In this document: positions 27,220-38,120 of the stretch, in pieces
How positions within the stretch are numbered: the first letter of the stretch is position 1
Layout of the letters: every line of letters begins with the position of its first letter
Source of the DNA: Candidatus Zixiibacteriota bacterium
Lineage (GTDB): Bacteria > Zixibacteria > MSB-5A5 > CAIYYT01
Assembly: GCA_040235515.1 (NCBI GenBank)
Contig: JBECKX010000086.1
Coordinates: 1-42,938 of the forward strand
Length of the DNA stretch: 42,938 nt
Reading direction: 5' to 3'
Translations under genes and position numbers: made by a program
The notes under the pieces: model-generated
What the model saw: the letters and a program-made list of their open reading frames with translations, nothing else
Told to the model about the DNA's origin: nothing
The model's database searches: none

Positions 27220-29442
27220 GTGCGCACACCCGCATTGTATGCACTGCTGCTCTTCATCGCAGGCATACTGACAGGTGTGTACTTCGATATCCATGCCTTC
27301 ATCCTCTATTGCACCTGCGCTGTGGCTCTCGCTACAACATTGATTCTGCTTGCAGTTGGGAACACCCGGTTGGCGCAGTGGACATTGTCACCGGCCATCC
27401 TGATTGCCGGAATCCTCCTGACCCAACTACAGACAGGAGACTTTCCGAGCAATCATATCTCCAACTTCACCAATCTCTCCCACAAACTTGAGATCTGCGG
27501 GGTGATAACTTCAGAGCCTGATATTCGACCGGACAAGACGTACCTAACTGTTGCCGTCGACTCCATCGGCCGTGGTGACCGCCATATCCCTGTCTCGGGG
27601 CAATTGCGACTCAGAATTGCAGAGGCGACCAATCGCTTCAATTACCATGACAGGATCGAGTTCGAGTCGTGGCTGAACCGTCCCAACAGCGCACGCAACC
27701 CCGGTGCGTTTGATTATCAGCGCTATCTCGAAATCAGGGAGATACACGCCCTCGCGTTCGCCGGCAGCGCAGCCGAAATCACGCTGGTAAATTCCGGAGC
27801 GAGCGAACCGTTCATACGCACGATTGTCTCACCAGTCCGGGACTACATCGGCCGCGTCTTCGATCGCGATATGCGACCCCACCAAGCCGCGCTGCTGAAA
27901 GGCTTTCTGCTCGGCGACGTTCGTTTCATCCCGAGCGATCTTTACAGACGCTTCAAGGACACCGGGACTCTCCATGTCCTGGCGGCGTCCGGCGCCAACG
28001 TTGGCTACGTGGTTGGGGCGCTGCTTCTCTTCGGTCGGCTGCTTGGAATCCGCAGACGCTCTATCTATGCCCTCGCGATCGTCGGTGTGATCGTCTTCAG
28101 CTTCCTCGCATTCAATCAGCCCTCCGTGGTGCGAGCGGCTGTGATGGCGGTAATCGTCCTCGTAGGCAAACTGCTCCGCCGCGACGCCAACTGGATAAAC
28201 ACCATCTCGCTCGCCGGGCTGATCATCCTCGCCTTTCGCCCTCTCTACCTCTTCGATCTCGGCACCCAGCTCTCGTTTGCCGCAGCCTTCTCTTTGATAT
28301 TGTTCCTGCCGGCGATCGAGCCGTTACTGCCGGTAGCCAGACCCGGCACAAATCGGTTTATGCGCTACTTCCTCTTGATTTTCTGGAGTACTCTGGTCGC
28401 GCAGGTGGGAGTGCTACCGATCCTGCTCTTCCATTTTCAGACTGTGCCGCTCGTCAGTTTCCTCGCCAACCTCGTCGTGGTGCCACTGGTTGGACTGGTC
28501 GCTACGCTGGGAATAGTGCTGATCGCTTTCTCCGGCGTTCCCTACCTGAGTTCGCTTCTGGGTCACCTTTGCGGCGCCGCGATCGATCTCGTGCTCGGCT
28601 CCATCGATTACTTCGAGAGCCTCCAGATTCCACCAATCGAGATTGGGGCGCCCGATCTTCTGGTAGTACTGCTGTATTACCTGGTGATTCAACTCATCTA
28701 CCTCATTTTCACGCGCAGCCGGCTGGTAGGCTGGGTTACGTTACTGGTTGTTCTCCTGATAAATGTCGCGCTCTGGAAGCCGGTGGTGGCGGGCAACAAA
28801 TCGGACGGCAGCGTAACGGTTCTCGATACCTGGGACACTCCGACACTTGTGATTGCGAGTGGATCTTCCGAGACGACGCTGATAAATGGCGGGGGAGTAT
28901 ACCGGTCATTCGACAGGGGAGAGTCTGTCGTGCTACCTTATCTCCGCTATCGGGGAATCTCCGCGATCGACCGCTATCTGACAACCGACTGCGGCCCGGC
29001 CAATCAGCAATCGCTAAAGAGTGTTATCCTGGGACTCCAACCTCCGCTTACCCGTCGGTATGAGCCTGACCCGAATTCGACGGGGGGTTCGATAGATACC
29101 CTCTCCCCGTTTTCCTTTCTGCACATAAACCAAACAGAGATTGCGCTTCTCCTCGATCCGGGGAGTGTTCACGATTTGAGCAATCTGGTGCATGAGGTGG
29201 CGCTCCTCGTGATTACTCATGATTACGCCGACGAGGAACGACTCGGCAGGCTCGTCGAGTTGTTTCATCCCGAAACGGTGGTGATCTCCACCTACGCATC
29301 CCGCTATCGTAAACGAGATCAACTGGATCACTTGAGGAGCGTTTTCCCCGATATCGCCATTTACTCGGTTCGGGATCAGGGAGCGATTACGATTCAGATT
29401 CAGGATAAGGGTTACGAGGTATTGGAGATGTCCAATGACTGA
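27220..29442 (+). CDS. comEC: ComEC/Rec2 DNA-uptake channel
   Basis: DUF4131 region (NPGAFDY..YL), GTLHVLAASGANV, PSVVRA..M, GTQLSF and ANL..VP, plus a degenerate C-terminal MBL domain. AAGGAGG SD. Confidence 0.92.
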   Translation: MRTPALYALLLFIAGILTGVYFDIHAFILYCTCAVALATTLILLAVGNTRLAQWTLSPAILIAGILLTQLQTGDFPSNHISNFTNLSHKLEICGVITSEPDIRPDKTYLTVAVDSIGRGDRHIPVSGQLRLRIAEATNRFNYHDRIEFESWLNRPNSARNPGAFDYQRYLEIREIHALAFAGSAAEITLVNSGASEPFIRTIVSPVRDYIGRVFDRDMRPHQAALLKGFLLGDVRFIPSDLYRRFKDTGTLHVLAASGANVGYVVGALLLFGRLLGIRRRSIYALAIVGVIVFSFLAFNQPSVVRAAVMAVIVLVGKLLRRDANWINTISLAGLIILAFRPLYLFDLGTQLSFAAAFSLILFLPAIEPLLPVARPGTNRFMRYFLLIFWSTLVAQVGVLPILLFHFQTVPLVSFLANLVVVPLVGLVATLGIVLIAFSGVPYLSSLLGHLCGAAIDLVLGSIDYFESLQIPPIEIGAPDLLVVLLYYLVIQLIYLIFTRSRLVGWVTLLVVLLINVALWKPVVAGNKSDGSVTVLDTWDTPTLVIASGSSETTLINGGGVYRSFDRGESVVLPYLRYRGISAIDRYLTTDCGPANQQSLKSVILGLQPPLTRRYEPDPNSTGGSIDTLSPFSFLHINQTEIALLLDPGSVHDLSNLVHEVALLVITHDYADEERLGRLVELFHPETVVISTYASRYRKRDQLDHLRSVFPDIAIYSVRDQGAITIQIQDKGYEVLEMSND

Positions 29443-29497
29443 TCAGATCAACGGCTTATCCTGCAAATAGATCACCCACCTTAAGATCAATTCCTAA

Positions 29498-29525
29498 TCA
29501 AGAAACCGGGCTCACTGCCCGATAA
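29498..29525 (+). promoter_or_regulatory. Possible sigma28-like promoter of the Mgl/pil operon
   Basis: TCAAG-N15-CCCGATAA resembles TAAAG/TCAAG...GCCGATAA, but the spacing is 1 nt longer than canonical. Confidence 0.3.
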
Positions 29526-29600
29526 AGAATATGAACTACACCGTGTGGAGACCTGTCTCCGAACGGCGTTAAATTTTGAACAATTTAACAGCGCGAGAGC

Positions 29601-30791
29601 ATGAGTTTTACCGGGAATCTTAAAACCGTAACATTTCCTGATTTGCTGCAATTGTTTTCTGCCGGCAAGAAGACCGGTACTGTGACAATTATCCGCGGCA
29701 ACATCAAAAAGGAAATCATTTTCAAGAACGGGAATATCATCAGTGCCTCATCGCAGGACGCAGAAGAGGACTATCTGGGTCAGCTGCTCCTGAAGACGGG
29801 GCGCATCACCAAGAACGACCTGCAACGTGCGGTCTATATGCACAAGGGTTCGGGCAAGCGTATCGGGCAGGTGCTGGTGGAGATGAAGCTCATCTCGCGT
29901 GAAGAGCTTGGTATCTATCTCAAGCAGCAGGTCGAAGAGATTATCTACAACCTCTTCAGCTGGAAGGAAGGGGAATTCATATTCAAGGAGGGACAACTCC
30001 CGGCCAACCGCGAGGGCCTGGTCGAGCTCAACACTATGAATATAGTGATGGAGGGCACCCGCCGTGTTGACGAGTGGGATGAAATCCAGAAAGTCCTTCC
30101 GAACGATCACCAGATTCTGCGCGTGGCGTCGTCGCCGCAAACGAAAGCGGACGAGGTGACAATTTCGCTCGATGAATTCAGAGTTATCACCCTCATAGAC
30201 GGTCAGCGCACCCTTGCCGAAATCCTCGAATCCTCGCCCCTTGGTGAGTTCTCCACCTCCCGGGCGATTTACAAGTTGATGCTCTCGAAGCTTGTTGAGG
30301 TCTCAGGCGCGAAGAAGGCGGAGGTTGCTGATCCCAAGGAAGAGGACTCGCTCTTCTGGTTACTCCTCCGTGTTTACGCATCCGCGTTCACGCTGATTCA
30401 GCGCACCCTCGAACGCAAGCTCGGAACCGACAATGAAAAATTACAGGCAACTCTCGCCGGTTTCCGCAAGGGAATCTGGCAATATTTCAGCGGTGTGAAT
30501 CACGCCGATTTCCCGACCAGTTTCGAGTCGCTGAAGCGCACACTCAGCCGCACGCCGAAAGAGGTGCGCGCGCTCAAACTGATCGGCGGACTCAACCAGC
30601 TGCTCGAAGAGCAACTGGCTTTTGTCTATTCCTACCTCGGCAGCGAAGTCCGCAAGCAGGTCGCAGCCGAGATCAAGAAGGAAGTCGCGTTACCGCTGGC
30701 AGAGAGGCGTGAAGTGGATAAGAAGTATGACGTGGGGAACGATCTCTATCGCATCCTGCGCGAAATCAAAGTGACCAAGGAAGTCATGTGA
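29601..30791 (+). CDS. DUF4388 (PatA-N-like) domain protein with MshEN-like tandem motif
   Basis: MSFTGNL....PDLLQL....KKTG, I.FKNG.I.SA, LFSWKEGEF.F and IVMEG.RRVDEW. Confidence 0.85.
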   Translation: MSFTGNLKTVTFPDLLQLFSAGKKTGTVTIIRGNIKKEIIFKNGNIISASSQDAEEDYLGQLLLKTGRITKNDLQRAVYMHKGSGKRIGQVLVEMKLISREELGIYLKQQVEEIIYNLFSWKEGEFIFKEGQLPANREGLVELNTMNIVMEGTRRVDEWDEIQKVLPNDHQILRVASSPQTKADEVTISLDEFRVITLIDGQRTLAEILESSPLGEFSTSRAIYKLMLSKLVEVSGAKKAEVADPKEEDSLFWLLLRVYASAFTLIQRTLERKLGTDNEKLQATLAGFRKGIWQYFSGVNHADFPTSFESLKRTLSRTPKEVRALKLIGGLNQLLEEQLAFVYSYLGSEVRKQVAAEIKKEVALPLAERREVDKKYDVGNDLYRILREIKVTKEVM

Positions 30792-30798
30792 GGATCGT

Positions 30799-31167
30799 AT
30801 GAGAAAACTGACTCTCTTAGCGATTCCGGTAATTCTGATGCTCTCTCCGCTGCAGCTGATGGCGCAGGCGGGGGTGATGGATGTCTCCGCGGTTGATGTC
30901 GTCGTCGATGTCCTGCTGCTGGTTGCCGGGCTCGTTTGTTTCTCGCTTTGCCTCAAGGTGTTCAGTCTGCTGCGTGGCGGCGAACTCTCACCCGGCTGGC
31001 AAATGCTCGCAGTTTCATTCCTGATTTTCTCGATTGGCCAGGGATTGGGCCTGCTGATCGCGCTCGAATTCATCGCGATGCCGAAGAATGCTATTAGCGC
31101 GCTTAACGTCGTAGCGCTCTTCATGATCGTGTTTGGCGTCGCGAAGATAAAGAAGAGTTTGACCTAA
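30799..31167 (+). CDS. Small multi-pass membrane protein of unknown function
   Basis: Signal-like N-terminus plus three hydrophobic helices. GAGGA SD. Operonic position. Confidence 0.7.
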   Translation: MRKLTLLAIPVILMLSPLQLMAQAGVMDVSAVDVVVDVLLLVAGLVCFSLCLKVFSLLRGGELSPGWQMLAVSFLIFSIGQGLGLLIALEFIAMPKNAISALNVVALFMIVFGVAKIKKSLT

Positions 31168-31192
31168 TAACCTGATTCTCAGGGCGTTGATA

Positions 31193-32071
31193 ATGGAAAC
31201 AGCCACTCTCGCGGATCGCATCGAGAAATGCGAACGGATTCTCAAAGAGAATTCCAATTCACAGATCTTTGCCGCACTGGCAGATGCATACCGTGCTAAT
31301 GGAGATTTGGACCAGGCATTTCGTGTGTGCCGCCAGGGGCTAAGGGTGCATCCCGAGTATGGGGCAGGACACCTCGTGATGGCACGCATCAACTATGAGC
31401 GGAAGATGTACGACTGGGCGGAACAGGAGCTTCTCGAGTCGGTCCGGCTCGATGGCGAGACACGCGCCTCGGAGCAGCTCCGCGTGGAGATCATGATGGC
31501 CAAGGGCCAACTCGATCGTGCCGAACAAGCCGTTAAGACCCTGCGGGGCAAAGGCGTCAGCCCGCTGATGATTCAGGACCTGGGACAACGATTGGAAAAG
31601 CTACGGCGCGAACAAGCCAGACGGCGCGCCGATTCGGGGGATACCATCAACGGAAACACGCTGGCAGGTTCACCGATGCCGAGCTCCGGTGGCAGGGCTG
31701 TCGAGCCGACCCCGGAACTCAAACCCCTGAGCCTCTCCGAGGTACTCGACCAGTTGTCGGAGGTGCAGGGAGTAATCGACCTGATCTGCGCGCGCACCAA
31801 CGGTGAAATCGTTGATAGCCGCGGTCACTGCAAACGTGACCCCGTGGAGATGGCGGCCTTCGGCGTCGAGATGTTCAATGCCGCCAATACCGAGGATGCA
31901 CACAAGGTGTTCGGCAATCCCGAGCAGATCGTGATTGAGACGGAGAATGAGTTCCTGATGATAATGAAGTTGCGTCGGTATGACCTCGTACTGACATGCT
32001 CTAAGGATGTAAACTTGGGCTCCGTGCGGCTGAAGCTCGATATGCTGGTCGAGCGGCTGCAGGAGAACTAA
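31193..32071 (+). CDS. TPR + C-terminal roadblock/LC7 domain protein
   Basis: FAALADAYR..GDLDQA..VCRQGL..HPEY (TPR). C-terminal GV.......NGEIVDS...MAAF...EQIVIETE...VNLGSVRL (roadblock). Confidence 0.75.
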   Translation: METATLADRIEKCERILKENSNSQIFAALADAYRANGDLDQAFRVCRQGLRVHPEYGAGHLVMARINYERKMYDWAEQELLESVRLDGETRASEQLRVEIMMAKGQLDRAEQAVKTLRGKGVSPLMIQDLGQRLEKLRREQARRRADSGDTINGNTLAGSPMPSSGGRAVEPTPELKPLSLSEVLDQLSEVQGVIDLICARTNGEIVDSRGHCKRDPVEMAAFGVEMFNAANTEDAHKVFGNPEQIVIETENEFLMIMKLRRYDLVLTCSKDVNLGSVRLKLDMLVERLQEN

Positions 32072-32087
32072 GAACGGAGTAACTGGA

Positions 32088-33035
32088 ATGGCACTTTCAG
32101 GACGAGAGACTAGACATATCGCGCTGGTAACCTTCATCATGGCTGCATTGCCGATGTTGGTTTTCCCACGTACCCTCGGTTTCGAGTTTGAGATATCGCT
32201 CTTCTTCTACGTCGTACTCGAACTCGCCTACTTCACGGTCGTGTCGTGGGTTCGTAACAGCAAACTTGAAACCGGTCAGAAGATCAGTGCCGCCGGGCTC
32301 TACCTGTTCGGCAGGCTGCTGCTCTCATTCGTTTTCTTTGTCTACCTGCTGATGATGGAGAGCATCACGGCGGGAGCTGCCTGGATCGCCGCCTTCAGTG
32401 GCTACAAGCTGTCGCTTCTGCTCTTCAGCCTGACAGCCCCATTCCTCTACGGCTCCTCGATCCAGACGATCTTCGGTGGCGGTCGGCGCGGCAAGATTCG
32501 CCGCATTCGTCCGTCGACCCGGCAGATCATTACCTCCGATTCGCAGCGGATGCCGTCGCGCTCCAGCCTCTCCGGTTTTCGGCCGGCGGAACCTGAAGCG
32601 CCGAAAGCCAACCAGGATTTTCTCGCGCGCTCCTTCGACGACGCGGTTCAGCATGTCGGTGACTATTCCGGCGTGCAGTGCGCGATGCTGCTCGATGGCG
32701 AGGGTTTGCCGGTGGCGGGCTGGAGCCGTGGTCAGTTCAACCCTGAAGATTGGGCGGCGCTTGCCCGCCTTTTGATAGATCAAGTCGATGATACCTGTTC
32801 GCGTGGTGGCGCTCAGCCTGTTGAGATGCTCGAGTTTCGTTCGGGTCAGCAGCGCTTCTACCTCTATCGTGTCAACGATATGTGGCTGATGTCGATCGCC
32901 GATGCCGCCTCGGACGAACTGGAAAAGATCCGTGTGCATCAGGCCGCAGAGATGATCACACGGCGTTGTAACGAAAGATATGCACATGTCTATATGACTG
33001 AAGCAGGGAGATCATATGCGGGAAGTACTGTCTGA
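32088..33035 (+). CDS. Membrane-anchored roadblock/LC7 domain protein
   Basis: About four N-terminal TM helices, a basic linker, then SGVQCAMLLDGEGLPVAG...WAALA (roadblock). Confidence 0.7.
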   Translation: MALSGRETRHIALVTFIMAALPMLVFPRTLGFEFEISLFFYVVLELAYFTVVSWVRNSKLETGQKISAAGLYLFGRLLLSFVFFVYLLMMESITAGAAWIAAFSGYKLSLLLFSLTAPFLYGSSIQTIFGGGRRGKIRRIRPSTRQIITSDSQRMPSRSSLSGFRPAEPEAPKANQDFLARSFDDAVQHVGDYSGVQCAMLLDGEGLPVAGWSRGQFNPEDWAALARLLIDQVDDTCSRGGAQPVEMLEFRSGQQRFYLYRVNDMWLMSIADAASDELEKIRVHQAAEMITRRCNERYAHVYMTEAGRSYAGSTV

Positions 33036-33351
33036 AATCAATAAGACAACCGGTGTGACCGGCAGCATGCTGGTCGGAAACGACGGTATCGTGATCGCGT
33101 CGGACTTGAACACGCGACTCGATGAAGAAACCATGGGAGCGCTGGCCGGTTCGATCAGCTCAACTGTCTCGAAGAGCCTCGAACGTCTCGATTCGTCGCC
33201 TTTGTCGCAGCTCACCATCGAGGCGGATGACGGCAAGCTCTTCATCACGCAGACCCCGGTCGGCTTCCTCGTTGTCACCGCCGAAGACAAGGTGAACATG
33301 GGACTGATCAGGCTGGAAATCAAGAACGCTGTCGCGCAGATCGGAATCTAA
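33016..33351 (+). CDS. Stand-alone roadblock/LC7 (MglB/MglC-like) protein
   Basis: GVTGSMLVGNDGIVIAS...GALAG...QLTIEADDGKLF...VNMGLIRLEI. Overlaps the upstream gene by 20 nt. Confidence 0.88.
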   Translation: MREVLSEINKTTGVTGSMLVGNDGIVIASDLNTRLDEETMGALAGSISSTVSKSLERLDSSPLSQLTIEADDGKLFITQTPVGFLVVTAEDKVNMGLIRLEIKNAVAQIGI

Positions 33352-33410
33352 TGACGCATCCTGTCGGATTACATCAGGCGTGCATCAATCAAGAGGAACG
33401 GGATTAACAA

Positions 33411-34631
<1,221 letters not shown>

Positions 34632-34641
34632 GAGGTCTGAA

Positions 34642-35133
34642 GTGGCTGGCGACAAAATGGTCGTGTATTGGGACGACACCGAAAAGATCGACACGACGAT
34701 GACCAAGCTTCTGAAAGGCTCGGAAGCAAAGTGCGCGTTGTTGGTCGATAAGGACGGACACCTGATCGCGCGGCATGGGTTTACGCAGACTCTCGACACC
34801 ACTGCGCTCGCAGCGCTGATGGCCGGAAGTTTTGCGTCAACCGCTGAGATTGCCAAGCTGGTAGGTGAGCCGGAATTCTCGGTTCTGTTCCATCAGGGTA
34901 AGAAAGACCACATCCACATGAGTCTGGTCAATGAACGCTCAATCCTGGCGGTCATTTTCGACGACCGGACAACGATCGGTATGGTCAGGCTTTACGCCAA
35001 AGAAGCAACCGATGAGTTGCGCAAGAACTTCGAAGCGAATCTTCAGAAGGGCAAGAATGACGACGAGGGATTGTCGGATGAGTTCACCGCCTCGGCCGAA
35101 GACAAGCTAGAGGATATTTTCAGAGACTCTTAA
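34642..35133 (+). CDS. mglB: MglB roadblock GTPase-activating protein
   Basis: LLVDKDGHLIA, LAAL.AGSFA.T..IAKLVGE.EFSVLFHQG, FDDRTTIGMVRL and an acidic C-terminal helix (EDKLEDIF). AGGAGGT SD. Confidence 0.92.
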   Translation: MAGDKMVVYWDDTEKIDTTMTKLLKGSEAKCALLVDKDGHLIARHGFTQTLDTTALAALMAGSFASTAEIAKLVGEPEFSVLFHQGKKDHIHMSLVNERSILAVIFDDRTTIGMVRLYAKEATDELRKNFEANLQKGKNDDEGLSDEFTASAEDKLEDIFRDS

Positions 35134-35245
35134 CAGAAGAGACTCCCGGGGAGTTTCGCAGAAAGACTCCGACAGGGACTCCGGGAGCGGGACGAACTCT
35201 CCGCGCTCGGAAGAGGATTACTTTTAGGCAATACCAGGAAGGAAC

Positions 35246-36970
35246 ATGCCGAACCCCAGAGAGCTAGGGACGATGCTGGTTGACGCCGGTAAGATTACCG
35301 ACGAGCAACTGGAGAAAGCGCTAGAGCAGATCGAGAAGAGCGGTGGAGGTCGCCTCGAGCAGGTACTGGTGTCGCAGGGCGCCGTGCATGACGAGGAAGA
35401 ACTCACCTCTTTCATCGGGAAACAGCTCAATATCGGAGCGGTACGCCTCTCCGACCTTGAGCTCAATCCCGACGTGGTCAAGCTGATCCCGCAGGATATC
35501 GCGCGCAAGTTCAACGTCATTGCGGTAAGCAAGTTGAACAAGACGCTCGTGGTGGCGATCAGCGACCCGAACAATATCTATGTGCTCGACGCCGTGAAGT
35601 TCATCACGGGGTGTTCCGTCCAGCCGGTGATCTCGCCCGAGCAGGCGATTTCAAAGGCGATTGAGCATTACTACGCCGATTCGGCGCAGTACACGCAGAT
35701 CCTCAAGGGCCTGGAGGATTCCGAGCTTGAAGTCATCAGCGCGGGCGATGACGAGGTCAACGAGCTTGATCTGCAGTCGGCTGTCCAGGACAAGCCACTC
35801 GTCAAGCTGGTTGATTCGATTATCAGCGAAGCGATTCGCAAGGGAGCTTCCGATATTCATATCGAGACTTACGAGAAGAAAATCCGCGTGCGTTACCGTA
35901 TCGACGGTGAACTGATGGAGATGGCGCCACTGCCATTCAAGTATCGGGCGGCGATCGTCAGTCGTGTCAAGATCATGGCTGACCTCGACATTTCCGAACG
36001 CCGCCTGCCGCAGGATGGCCGCATCAAGATCAAGGTCGGCGATCGTGCCGTCGATCTGCGTGTGTCGGTACTCCCGACGATTTTCGGCGAGAAGGTCGTG
36101 ATGCGAATTCTCGACCCGAAGGCGCTGATGCACGACCTTACCAAACTCGGATTTCCGAAACTGGCGCTCTCCAAATTCGAGGCCGCCATCAGGTTGCCGT
36201 TCGGGATCGTGCTCGTTACCGGCCCCACCGGATCAGGAAAGACGACCACGCTGTACTCGGCGCTGAAGACGATCAATCAGCCCGATGTCAATATCATGAC
36301 TGCCGAGGACCCGGTTGAGTTCAACTTTGAGGGAATCAACCAGGTCGCCGTCAGATCAGATATCGGACTGACCTTTGCCGCCGCACTGAGATCGTTCCTG
36401 CGTCAGGACCCGGATGTGGTCATGGTGGGTGAGATTCGAGATGGTGAAACCGCGGAGATCGCCATCCGCGCCGCGTTGACCGGTCACCTCGTGTTCAGCA
36501 CGCTCCACACCAACGACGCACCCTCGTCGATCAACCGTTTGATCGATATGGGTATCCCGAACTACCTCGTGGCGAGCGCGACAAAATTGATCATGGCGCA
36601 GCGTATGATTCGCTGCATCTGTAAGTCATGTAAGGAAGAAGTAAAGACCGATCCGGAAGTTCTGCTGAACCTGGGAGTTCCGGAAGCGGAGATCCCCACC
36701 TTCAAGACCTATGAAGGCAGGGGCTGTTCCGAGTGCAATAATACCGGTATGTCCGGTCGTTCCGGCCTCTTTGAGGTGATGCCGATCACACCCGCGATCG
36801 AACGCCTGATCCTCGACGAGGCATCCGCCCCGGTGATCCAGGCGCAGGCCCTCAAGGAGGGTATGCTGACCCTCCGGATGGCCGGCATCGAAAAGATCAA
36901 GATGGGAGTAACTACCATCGATCAGGTGCTCGCCGAGACGTCTCACGCCGGTATCGACGAACCTGAATAG
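35246..36970 (+). CDS. pilB: Type IV pilus assembly ATPase PilB
   Basis: ASDIHIE, ERRLPQDGRI, GPTGSGKTTT, LRQDPD, TGHLVFSTLHTND and a tetra-Cys Zn motif. Confidence 0.95.
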   Translation: MPNPRELGTMLVDAGKITDEQLEKALEQIEKSGGGRLEQVLVSQGAVHDEEELTSFIGKQLNIGAVRLSDLELNPDVVKLIPQDIARKFNVIAVSKLNKTLVVAISDPNNIYVLDAVKFITGCSVQPVISPEQAISKAIEHYYADSAQYTQILKGLEDSELEVISAGDDEVNELDLQSAVQDKPLVKLVDSIISEAIRKGASDIHIETYEKKIRVRYRIDGELMEMAPLPFKYRAAIVSRVKIMADLDISERRLPQDGRIKIKVGDRAVDLRVSVLPTIFGEKVVMRILDPKALMHDLTKLGFPKLALSKFEAAIRLPFGIVLVTGPTGSGKTTTLYSALKTINQPDVNIMTAEDPVEFNFEGINQVAVRSDIGLTFAAALRSFLRQDPDVVMVGEIRDGETAEIAIRAALTGHLVFSTLHTNDAPSSINRLIDMGIPNYLVASATKLIMAQRMIRCICKSCKEEVKTDPEVLLNLGVPEAEIPTFKTYEGRGCSECNNTGMSGRSGLFEVMPITPAIERLILDEASAPVIQAQALKEGMLTLRMAGIEKIKMGVTTIDQVLAETSHAGIDEPE

Positions 36971-37007
36971 TTGAATTCGTACTGTATGTCCCTTTCTAAT
37001 AGAGGAG

Positions 37008-38099
37008 ATGGTGATGATTAACCTGAGGGAACTGTTGGAGATTCTGCTGGAGAAGAAGGGATCCGACCTCCATTTGTCGGTCGGTTGCCCGCCGCAGATT
37101 CGTGTCGATGGCAAACTGCAGACCCTTGATATGGACCCGCTGACACCTGACATCACCAAAAAGCTTGCTTACAGCATGATGTCCGAGAAGCAGAAACAGC
37201 GTTTCGAGGAAAACAACGAACTCGATATGTCGTTCGGTATCGAGAATATGAGTCGCTTCCGTTGCAACGTCTTCACGCAACGAGGCAACATCTCGGTGGC
37301 GTTACGTCAGATTCCTTTCAAGGTGCCGACTTTCGAAGAGCTTGGCGTCGACAAGACAATCGTGGAAATGGCCAACCTGCCGCGCGGACTGGTGCTCGTG
37401 ACCGGCCCCACCGGTTCAGGCAAATCGACCACGCTCGCGGCGCTGATCGACAAGATCAACCGGGAGCGCCACGCACACATCCTTACCGTCGAGGATCCGA
37501 TCGAGTACCTGCATCGCCACCAGTCATGTCTGGTCAATCAGAGGGAGGTAGGCGCCGACACACGTTCGTTCGCGGCGGCGCTGAAGTACGCCCTGCGACA
37601 GGACCCCGATGTCTGTCTCATCGGTGAGATGCGTGATCTGGAGACCGTGTCCGAGGCACTCAACATCTCCGAGACCGGTCACCTGACCTTTGCGACCCTG
37701 CACACCAACTCCTGCGCGGAGACGATCAACCGCGTGATCGACGTCTTTCCTGTTAACCAGCAGGAGCAGATTCGCGTCACGCTCTCGTTCGTGTTGCAGG
37801 GTGTGGTGTCGCAGCAGCTGGTGCCGAAGATCGGTGGTGGTCGCGCCCTCTGCACGGAGATCATGGTGTGTACACCGGCGATCAGAGCGCTGATCCGCGA
37901 TGACAAGATCCATCAGATTTATAGCATGTTACAATCGGGCCAGAAGTACGGTATGAAAACGATGAATATGTCTCTGGCCGACTTATACCTGAAGCACAAG
38001 ATTACGATAGGCGAAGCAATGGCGCGGTCATCGAACGTTCAGGAACTGAACGAGATGCTTTCACGCGTCCAGTCTGGTCAACCGACCATGGCACGCTGA
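37008..38099 (+). CDS. pilT: Type IV pilus retraction ATPase PilT
   Basis: GSDLHL, GPTGSGKSTT, EDPIEYLH, NQREVG, ETGHL...TLHT and AIRALIRD (AIRNLIRE-like). Confidence 0.95.
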   Translation: MVMINLRELLEILLEKKGSDLHLSVGCPPQIRVDGKLQTLDMDPLTPDITKKLAYSMMSEKQKQRFEENNELDMSFGIENMSRFRCNVFTQRGNISVALRQIPFKVPTFEELGVDKTIVEMANLPRGLVLVTGPTGSGKSTTLAALIDKINRERHAHILTVEDPIEYLHRHQSCLVNQREVGADTRSFAAALKYALRQDPDVCLIGEMRDLETVSEALNISETGHLTFATLHTNSCAETINRVIDVFPVNQQEQIRVTLSFVLQGVVSQQLVPKIGGGRALCTEIMVCTPAIRALIRDDKIHQIYSMLQSGQKYGMKTMNMSLADLYLKHKITIGEAMARSSNVQELNEMLSRVQSGQPTMAR

Positions 38100-38120
38100 A
38101 GTCGATGAACGGAGGTCGCA

